A stretch of 64,000 nt of DNA from Felis catus (lineage: Eukaryota), in contig NC_058374.1 of the NCBI RefSeq assembly GCF_018350175.1, forward strand, positions 132,370,001 through 132,434,000. The letters run 5' to 3'. Every line of letters begins with the position of its first letter. Position 1 is the first letter of the stretch. Positions 55,666 through 64,000 of the stretch are shown piece after piece. The position numbers and the translations under genes are program-made. The notes below the pieces were generated by a model that saw only the letters and a list, made by a program, of their open reading frames with translations, did no database searches and had not been told where the DNA came from.

Positions 55666-58191
55666 CACACGGCCTAGTCTGCCCGGGACCAGGGTGGCCA
55701 GCTCCTCCCGTGCACCAGCCAGTGGAACCAGGGACTGGTCTCATCCTATCCCTTCTCAGACAAAGGCAGGAGAAAGCTAGCCTTTTTCCTCGGCCTGGCA
55801 AGCAGGGTCTTTTGCAAGTTCATCCCCAAGGGAGCTCGGGGGAATCTCCACTCTTTCTGTCCCCGCCCTGGGCGGGGGGGGGGGGGGGGGGAGGGGTCAG
55901 CACCCTGGGGGGGGGGGTCAGCATTTATGCCATCCGCATGCTGCCTGAGCTCCCAGACCTCTGTCATCGTGGCTCTGCCCAAATCCAGTGGCGAGGGTCC
56001 CCGCGGAGCGGGGTTTCCAAACTTTTTATGGGAAACGTTTCTTACTTTGCAACTTCTCAACATATATATGTATCTTTTGTTTGGAAGGGGACCGGTTTAC
56101 CCTTTCCCCCTCCTCTCCCCTCCGCCAGGTGGCTGAGAATTCACTGAAGGTGGGACCTGGGTCTGGCCCGTGAATGAAAAATGGTACCCACGGCCAACGT
56201 GTTTACTCCGCTCTGGCCGGTGACAGGCACGGCTCTGAGGGGTCGGCAGGTACTACAGACAGCACAGAAGGTTCGAGACCTGGACTCTACCGCCGACTCT
56301 TGGTGACCGTGGGCAAGTTACACAACCGCCATGGCCTCAGTTTTCCTATGTATAAAATGGGGACAACGACAACCTACCTCACGGGCTCCCGTCTCCTTCA
56401 GAACGGTTCCGGAGCAGAAAGTAAGCGCTGAGAATACTTTGTCTCCCAGATACACCGCCTGTCAGGGACTCACAGAGCCCCGGGCCCGGACCAAACTGAT
56501 CTCCACCACCCCTTGCAAATATCTACAGTCACTGTCGTAAAGGTCCAGGTCAAGGTCCCGCCATCTGCCTCTCCACCCCCTGCCCCACCAACTCTGCGAC
56601 CATCATGGTTTCCTGTGTGTGTCCACCGTGTCCCCTTAACCTGACGTGTGCTCTCTGAGGGACGGGGGTGAAGGAAAGGAGCAGGAATGGAGGCCAGGAA
56701 GCCGGGTGATGGCATCTCACGTAAGCCTCCTCCCCCTCTGGGCCTTGATTTTGCTCATGTGCGTAATGGGAATGGTACTCCTTCATAGGGTTGTTGAGAG
56801 GATTAAAGGAGATAATCCACGAGGGGCCTCAGCACTGTGTTAGGCTCAGAGCCAGCTCAGGAGCTACGGCTACCAAAGGAAAAAAAAAAGGCATTTTGTG
56901 AATCCAAGCTCACGGTCATTACTCACTTCACCGCTAGAGGGTGCTCCAGCTGCGCTCACAGCCTGTCACACAGCCCACCCGCCCTCCAGCTGCTCCGCCC
57001 CATCCCTCCTCCTAAGAAACATCAAGGGTTAAGTGTGCTCCTCCATGGATCCCGGAGCGTGTGCAGGTTGGGAACAGGAATCGTGGAAACAGGTGGAAAG
57101 CTAAGGAGTCTTTCGTGTCTGCTTTAAGTCCAAACCCTTGTACACGCACAGACCTTTTGGTCTGGGCTTCTTGAGCCCCACCCCACCCTCACGGGGCCTT
57201 TTGGGCAAATGGGAGATTCCGAGGTTCTGCATTCGGCAGAGTCTCTCTTCTCTGCAGAGCGCTCCCTGCCCTTAGCCAATCGCCACAAAGTCACAGGCTG
57301 TCAGGGTAGGCTGGGGCCCCAGGCAACTTCAGCACTACTGGGTCAACTGTGGTTTCCCAGGGAGGCCTGCCTGCAGTCTCGCCTGCGTCCTAGGGTCATC
57401 TCACCTTCCCTTTCCGACTCTGTTCTGAGAAAAATAAAATACCACCCCCCACCCCAAACTGAACCCTAAGATGGCTTCCTTCCTAGGTCTCCCTCCCCTG
57501 CTGAGGCTAATGTGCTATGCTTTCACTCCCCCCACCCCATCTTCATTACAATGTCCAGAAACGGCCAGCGGTGGGGGTAAGCCAGTGGCTCAGCCCGTAA
57601 AAAACTCAAAGCGAAGTGATCTAAGGTCAAATTCAAGCTGCAGTCCCCAGTGAGGAGGGGAGACATGCAGAACCAATCCTGACAGTGAAAGAAGCTGGGG
57701 GCAGGGAGGCAGGTGGCCCCCAAATGCCTCTTCTGTTCCCAGCCCTAAAGGAAGCCACATTTACTCTCCCCCGCTGGGTTTGAATTCCAGGCAGAGCCTT
57801 AGCAGGGCTGGGGGCGATGAAGGTTCCCTTCATCTAGCGTGTGGAAGTAACCTCCCTGCCACCCCCTCAGGTGGACAGCCCCCACCTGCCTCATCCACCC
57901 CCCCCCCCCCAATGCGGGAGCCCTGCTGGCCAGCCCAGACTCTGTTTTCTCAGCGAGGATTATCCTCCCCCCTCACTTCCCACTCCCAGGCCCCTCTGGC
58001 TGAAGCTGGAGCTGCCCAGGGCCGGCTGCCAGGGGCTCTTCGGGGGCTCACAACCACCCCCTGCCCAGCTGGGGCCCCTCTGGAAAGGTCCGCCTGCCTG
58101 GGCAGCCGCGGATCTGTCCCTCCCTTGCAGGCCCCGTGCTGCGCCAGGGCTAGGGGCCCGAGAGGGGGCTGCTGGGGCTGGGCCAGGTTAC

Positions 58192-58258
58192 CTTCAGGAG
58201 GAAAGTTTTGGGTTTGGGTCCCCTCTTCTTGGGCCCATACAGCTCACGCTCCCTCTCC
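58192..58258 (-). CDS. CBX6: CBX6 exon 4 (AT-hook-like motif), 67 nt, ends in phase 0
   Basis: (K)[22 protein letters not shown]. Acceptor is cgcAG|GGAG, donor is AAG|GTAAC. Confidence 0.97.
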
Positions 58259-58408
58259 CTGCGGCCGAGAAACGCCAAAGGTTAAAAAGAGCCCCTTCCC
58301 GGGCCCCACTCCGCGCTGCCCTCCCCGCTCTCCCGCTTCCCCCGCTTCCCCGCGCGGCGCCCCAGCCGAGCCTTGGCCCCGCCGCCCCTGCCAGCTCCCC
58401 AAACTCAC

Positions 58409-58474
58409 TTCTGCTCGAAGGCTGCAATGAGCCGCGAGTCCAGGATGTTCTCCTCGGGTTCCCAAGTGCTGTAC
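58409..58474 (-). CDS. CBX6: CBX6 exon 3 (chromodomain), 66 nt
   Basis: (K)YSTWEPEENILDSRLIAAFEQ(K). Acceptor is ggcAG|GTAC, donor is AA|GTGAG. Confidence 0.97.
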
Positions 58475-58625
58475 CTGCCGAGTCACACATGCACAAAATA
58501 AAAATGAAAACCTAATGGGCAGAGGCACATGCGAGGCAGCAAACGTGCGCACCCCCCCACCAGGAAAAAAAAAAGGCCCCGTTGCCTCCCTTTCCCCCTC
58601 GCCCCTGTATCCCGCCGGCACTTAC

Positions 58626-58669
58626 TTGATGGCCCACCCCTTCCATTTCACCAGGTACTCGATGCGTCC
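58626..58669 (-). CDS. CBX6: CBX6 exon 2 (chromodomain), 44 nt
   Basis: GRIEYLVKWKGWAI(K). Acceptor is tttttcAG|GGA, donor is AA|GTAAG. Confidence 0.97.
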
Positions 58670-58832
58670 CTGAAAAACAGAGAAGAAAAAAAAGGGGGGA
58701 GTGGGGGTGGGGAGGATGCGGGGACGCGAGGAGGCGGCGGCGCGGGGGTGGGCGAGAGGGCCCGGGTTAGCGGGACCGCTTCGCCCCGGTGAGCCGCCGA
58801 CCCGGACACCGGCTGCCGGGCAAGGCGTCCCA

Positions 58833-58964
58833 NNNNNNNNNNNNNNNNNNNNNNNNNNNNNNNNNNNNNNNNNNNNNNNNNNNNNNNNNNNNNNNNNNNN
58901 NNNNNNNNNNNNNNNNNNNNNNNNNNNNNNNNNNNNNNNNNNNNNNNNNNNNNNNNNNNNNNNN
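58833..58964 (-). CDS. CBX6: CBX6 exon 1 (ATG plus about 23 chromodomain codons), inferred to lie inside this N gap
   Basis: The exon is not visible. The flank 58965-58990 (minus strand CGCGAGCGGTGCAGCACCGGC) resembles the recalled CBX6 5'UTR, and exon 2 begins in phase 0 at GRIEYLVKW, so an upstream coding exon is required. Confidence 0.6.
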
Positions 58965-60031
58965 GCCGGTGCTGCACCGCTCGCGCACGCGCCGCAGCGC
59001 ACAGGCCCCGGCGGGCGGGCGCGCGGCGGGGCGCGCGCGCTCGTGTTCCAGCTGCGGGCCGTCACGTGACCGCTCGGGGCCGGCGCGCCGTTGCCAGGAC
59101 CTCCCCCTCCCCCGGGGCGGTTGCTAGGGAAAGTGTGCGCTCGCGGGGCGGGGGCGCGCGCTGACTCTTAAAGGGGCCTCGCCTGGCGGCGGGAGTCTGG
59201 GCCCGGAACCCGGTGGATGCTTGGCTTGTGCGAAGCCTGGTCGGGCGCGGTGCAGCCCGACAAACACCCTCTCACTCCCCTCTCCGTCTTCCCGGCCCCG
59301 GAGAGTTGACACCATCTCCCTCCCTTTAACACCTCCCCCAGGAAAGGCTCGCTAGGCCCCTGCAGGGGAAGGACGTGAGAGTCTGTGCAGCTGCTGCGCA
59401 TCTTCCCGGCAGAAGTTTGCAAACAGTTAAATATGATACAGCAGAAATGCATTTGCTGTTGCCTTGCCAGGCCCTGCGGGAATTTCTTTAAAACATTGCC
59501 CTCCTCCTCCCCAATCCATTATTTATGTATTCGTGGGAGTGTGGTTTTGTAACCAGTTCAGATGAATTAAAACAAAAACTCCACCGCAGGAAGAGGGGTG
59601 GGGGCAGTGAACGGGGTGGAGGAAGGCCGGGATGGTCCTGTGCATCTGTTCTTTGGCCGGCTGGGGTCTTGGGCGGCACCTGCCTTCACCCGGGAGGCGG
59701 GCTGGAGATCACCACCGCGAGGACTGTGGTGGTGAGGGGAGGGAGAGAGAGGCTGTGGGTGAGATCCGGGTTCCTGACACCCCAGACTGGGCCTGAAGTG
59801 GGTCATCCTTGGGTCATTTGGCAGAAGGCGCCCACAGGGCCAGGTCTATACGTTTTCTGATTCCCAGGCCCCCTGGCCTCGCACTCTCCGGCTGCCTGCA
59901 GTTTCTAACGTGGCTCCGCCATTGCTCACAGGGAGACCAGACCCCAGCTTCCTATTTGAGGAGGGACCTGGCGACCTGGCTGGCCGGAAATGGACACAAA
60001 GTAGCCCTGCCACACAAAACGCTTCATTGCT

Positions 60032-60033
60032 TT

Positions 60034-60093
<60 letters not shown>

Positions 60094-60095
60094 TC
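60032..60095. repeat. (TTTC)16 microsatellite
   Basis: Read directly. Confidence 0.97.
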
Positions 60096-60305
60096 ACCAA
60101 CAGCCTTGTTCTTTGTAAATTAAAGAAAAAAGAAAAAACCCCAACTGTCCATAATCTCCATCAAACCATTGTTAATATCTTCACGAATCCTCTTCCAACC
60201 TGTTCTACACTTACATAAGCACAGGTGTATACGCATGTGTATACATTGTGTATACGTAGTACATAGATTTAAGTGACTTCTTTCAAAAAATGCTCATTAA
60301 AAAAA

Positions 60306-60503
60306 TTTTTTTTTAATTTCCCAGAGTGGGGGAGGGGCGGGGGCGGGGCCGGGGGGTGGGGGGGGGGGTGGAGAGAATCCCAATCAGGTTCTGCACTGTC
60401 AGTGCAGAGCCCAAGGTAGGCTCCATCTCACAAACAGTGAGATCATGACTGAGGAAGAAACCGAGAGTGGGAGGTTTAACCAACTGAGCCACCCAGGTAC
60501 CCC
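60306..60503 (-). mobile_element. CAN-SINE
   Basis: Antisense copy ending in cccaggtacccc. Confidence 0.85.
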
Positions 60504-60799
60504 TGAATTATTTCTTTTTAACAAAATGGGATCAGGTGATTCACGCTGCCTGGAATCTGCTCTTCTCCCTTAATGATATAAAGTGAACCTCTTTTGGTGT
60601 CACTAAATGGAAATTTTGCCACCGTTTCCGTGGCAGTGGTGGGGCTGAGGTGGAGGCGGAGAGCAATGGGGATGTGGTGAGGATCAGGACTGTCTCTTGC
60701 TTTCGTGACTTGTTTATTAGAACAGAGGATTTTTACATTTTGTACTGCAAGACAAATTCTTAGGGTTTCAAATCGACCACATCAAAATTTCTGCTTCTC

Positions 60800-61020
60800 G
60801 GGGCGCCTGGGTGGCGCAGTCGGTTAAGCGTCCGACTTCAGCCAGGTCACGATCTCGCGGTCCGGGAGTTCGAGCCCCGCGTCGGGCTCTGGGCTGATGG
60901 CTCGGAGCCTGGAGCCTGTTTCCGATTCTGTGTCTCCCTCTCTCTCTGCCCCTCCCCCGTTCATGCTCTGTCTCTCTCTGTCCCAAAAATAAATAAACGT
61001 TGAAAAAAAAATTTTTTTTT
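60800..61020 (+). mobile_element. Young feline SINEC_Fc
   Basis: Perfect TSD AAATTTCTGCTTCTC at 60785-60799 and 61021-61035; nearly identical to the copies at 6347 and 7076. Confidence 0.95.
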
Positions 61021-61220
61021 AAATTTCTGCTTCTCATCCCTGCATCTATGAAGATTTGTCTAATCAGTATCTTGGGAGAAATCCCCCTCGCCTTCCTTGA
61101 AATCAACATGCTCTTGAAAAATAGGTATCTTCTAGCCAGCCCAAAGTGAGCTTTGGTATATGAATACAGCTGCCTTCCTGGGGGTGATGGGGGTGAATGG
61201 GCAGGTGAGTGTGTGGATAT

Positions 61221-61222
<2 letters not shown>

Positions 61223-61258
<36 letters not shown>
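61223..61258. repeat. (GT)18 microsatellite
   Basis: Read directly. Confidence 0.95.
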
Positions 61259-61259
<1 letters not shown>

Positions 61260-61429
61260 CAAGCTGAGCGAGACAGGCAGCTGGATAAAGTGGGTGAACA
61301 TGAAATCCATTCATGCAGCAGCTTTTGTGACCCTTTTTAAGGTTTGGTGTTCAACCAGCTAACCAAAGATGCCCCGGGGTTGGGGGAAGTCTCAGTCAGG
61401 TGGGACAGGCACCTGCCATACAGTGTGAC

Positions 61430-61810
61430 TAGGGCTGGAATAAATGTGGAATTTCCTAAGGCTGCCTTAACAAATTACCACGAACTCAATAGCTTAAAAA
61501 CGACACAGACTTATTATCTTACAGTCCTGGAGGTCAGAAGTACCAAATCAGTGTCGCTGAGTTGAAGTCCAGATATCCCCAGGGCTGGTTCCTTCTGGAA
61601 GCTCTGGAAAAGAATCCATTCCTTGGCTCTTCCAGCCTCTGAAAGATGCTGGCAGTCCTTGACTCATGGCTGCATCCCTCTATAATCTTTATTTTTGCCT
61701 TCCCCTGACTTACCTCCTGCCTCCTTCTAATAAGGGCCTTTGTGATTACACTGAGCTCATCCAAATAATCATCAAGGATTATCTCCCCATCTCAACATCC
61801 TAACCACCCC
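61430..61810 (-). mobile_element. MLT1-family solo LTR
   Basis: tttcctaaggctgccttaacaaattaccac... is the reverse complement of the MLT1 3' end. Confidence 0.75.
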
Positions 61811-62369
61811 CACTCCTACCTCTTCCACAGTCTGTCCTTCTGAGATTTGGTCCAACACCACAAGGGAAAAGTTTGATCTCCAGGACTATGCAAGTTGCTG
61901 CCCAGGGAGAGGGCGTTTTAGTCAGGCTGTGCTATGAAACCAACCTGTCCTACGAAATACCACCCGCTGGTGGTTTAATACACAGAATCTATTTTTCATG
62001 ATCCTGTGGGTTGGCTGGGCTCGGCCCGACACTTCTTTGACCTGGTCTTGCTTCGGGTCCCTCATGGGGCTGCAAACAGAGACATGGCCAGAGTTGACCC
62101 ATAGGTCCGGGAGCTTAGTGCTGGGTGTTGGCTGGGCCTCGATCTCCCCCGGGGCCTCTCACGATTCAGCAGTTTAGCTCAGGCTTCCTCATGGGCCGCA
62201 GGAGCCACATAAGGAGCTGAAGAACGTTGCAAGGTCTCTTAAGGCCTGGCCTTGGAAGTTACACAACATCATCCCCACCGCATGCTGTTGATCAAAGCAG
62301 CCAGAATTCAAGGCCGTTAGGATTCCTGCCTCCCTGTGCACCACTCCCCCCGCCCCTGTGCTTGTCCTG

Positions 62370-63960
62370 TATAATTCCCTCCCCTGAGTGGGACTTACAA
62401 CGGGATTTTCTCCCATGATTAGGTTAAGTGCAAAGGCAAGGGCTTTTGCAACGTGATTAAGGTCCTTAACCAGTTGACTTTGACTTAATCAAAGGGAGGC
62501 CTTGATCTGTTTCTCCTCCCACAGCGCTTCTGACAGCAAACATGTGGGTCTGCTTCCCACACCCACAACCACGTTTCTTAGCTTTTTAGATACCAATGGA
62601 GGCGGCGGTGGTGGGGGCGGGGGTTGCGGTCCAGGATTTCAGTTCAATTCAGACACCAGTACCCAGAGTTAGCCCAGATCCCACGGGACTGCCCCACTTC
62701 AGGCAAGCCTGGGTTACTCACACTTCTGACTAAGTGGCTATAAGTTGAGGGTTCCCACAACCCTGTCCTCAGGTCGCCGCAACAGCTCCCAGGACTCAGG
62801 CAAACACTTCACTTACGTCTACCAATTTGTTCTAAAGGATGCCACTCAGGAATGGCCAGATGGAGAAGAGGCAGAGGACAAAGTGCCCAGAGCAGGTGCA
62901 GACCTAACGTGCCCTCTCTGGGCCCGCCACCTTCCCTTCCCAGCACCTCGGGGTGCTCGCCACCCCAGAAGCTCATCAGATCTCCTTCAAGTGTGAACAC
63001 CCCAGAAGCTCATCAGATCTCCTTCAAGTGTGAACAGGCCTGAGTCTGCAGCCTTCTCTCTGCTTCTCAGAGTTTGGAGGGGAGGCTTCACGTTCCAACC
63101 CTGTAATGGCTTGGTCTTTCCGGAGACCAGCTGGTCGTGAGGCTGCGTAGGGGCGCGCACCGAGAGTCACTTCATTAGCATAGACTCAGGGGTGGTTGAA
63201 AGGGGCTACCTAGGAGTAACACAAGACCTTCTTCTCCGTCCATCACTTTGGAAATTGCAAAGGTTTTAGGAGCTTTGTCCCAGAAGACCGGGAGGAAGAC
63301 CAAGTATATACATTTCTTATTATATCACGGTATCCCGTAAAGTTTATCCTGGCCTGAGCTAATCAGGAAAGCACTTTATTTTTTTATCAATGTGTTATTA
63401 TTTATTTTTGAGAGAGAGAGCGCGCGCGCGCGCGCGCGCGCGCGCGCGCGCGCGCATGAGCGGGGGAGGGGCAGAGGGAGGAGTGGGACGGAGGAGGAGT
63501 CGAAGCGGATTCTACACTGATAGCAGTGAGCCCCATGCAGGGTTCGAACCCACGAACCTCGAGATCAGGACCTGGGCGGAAGTCCAAGGTTCAACCGAGT
63601 GAGCCACCCAGGCATTCCATGGACAGCACTTTAAAAGATCCCTTTTTAAAGGACCCAGGCTTTAGCTGATGGAAGAGATTTGAAGCATCGGAAATCATCT
63701 CCTCAACTAGGAGAAACTTGCCAGGATGTGGAGAGGGCCACAGGGCAGAAAGGCAAGAAACACACGTGGCCTGTAGGCCCTGAGGCCCTCAGGTCTACAA
63801 TCTGTAGGATCTCAATTCCGTTATCAAGTGAGCCTCGAGGAGGAGCCCAGCTTCCAGATGAGAACAGAACCCCCGCCCACACTGTGACTGTGGCCTGAGA
63901 TCCAATGAAGTTTTTCCTTGACCTCTCTGACCTGCAGAAACTGAAGTGATATATGAGTGG
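62370..63960 (+). mobile_element. MLT1E/F-like LTR split by a MER21-family LTR (about 62540-63335, minus) and a SINE
   Basis: MLT1 motif gtgattaaggtccttaaccagttgactttg resumes at about 63340 (ctgagctaatcagg...). The inner element ends gaccaagtatatacatttcttattatatcac, the reverse complement of the recalled MER21 start. Confidence 0.6.
63379..63618 (-). mobile_element. CAN-SINE carrying a perfect (GC)18 tract (63420-63455)
   Basis: TSD AGCACTTTA at 63370-63378 and 63625-63633. Confidence 0.9.
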
Positions 63961-64000
63961 GTTTTTTATATGTTTATCTATTTTTGAGAGAGAGATAGAG
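63960..64000 (-). mobile_element. Tail of another CAN-SINE, cut by the window edge
   Basis: tttttatatgtttatctatttttgagagagagatagag. Confidence 0.7.

Larger units (their letters stand above)
58250..59330. promoter_or_regulatory. CBX6: CpG island / promoter of CBX6
   Basis: CpG-dense; contains GTCACGTGAC (59061-59070), X-box-like GTTGCCAGG (59090) and GTTGCTAGGGAAA (59120-59132), and GC boxes. Confidence 0.85.

Noticed and set aside
62961-63036. 37-bp direct repeat as a CRISPR-like array
   Set aside because: Only two adjacent copies with no spacer, in a mammalian LTR; it is a simple tandem duplication.
59330-64000. APOBEC3 exons (expected right of CBX6) and DNAL4 exons (expected left of NPTXR)
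   Set aside because: No deaminase HxE/PCxxC or dynein light chain coding sequence is visible; both lie outside the window by synteny.

Overview
Mammalian genomic DNA, almost certainly a cat or other felid: it carries many carnivore CAN-SINEs, including young SINEC_Fc-type copies. Two protein-coding genes lie head-to-tail on the minus strand. CBX6 (Polycomb chromobox 6; 5 exons, CDS from about 58.9 kb down to 52853; poly(A) signal 48030-48035) is followed by NPTXR (neuronal pentraxin receptor; 5 exons, CDS from about 34.7 kb down to 15618; about 4 kb 3'UTR; poly(A) signal 11602-11607). Every visible splice junction was read directly and all exon phases are consistent. Five N-runs hide NPTXR's non-AUG start and membrane anchor, CBX6 exon 1 and the CBX6 Pc box. 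Two of these gaps have exactly the length expected from the human orthologues, which suggests a reference-guided consensus. The rest is SINE/LINE/LTR/DNA-transposon debris. I found no wholly new gene system. The best leads are an in-frame CBX6 exon 4 to NPTXR exon 2 read-through route (the rodent Npcd chimera), a CpG-rich two-state palindrome at 41394-41444, a near-canonical REST/RE1 site in NPTXR intron 3, and several candidate RNA and DNA regulatory modules. Repeat family names and orthologue comparisons come from recall, not from a database search.
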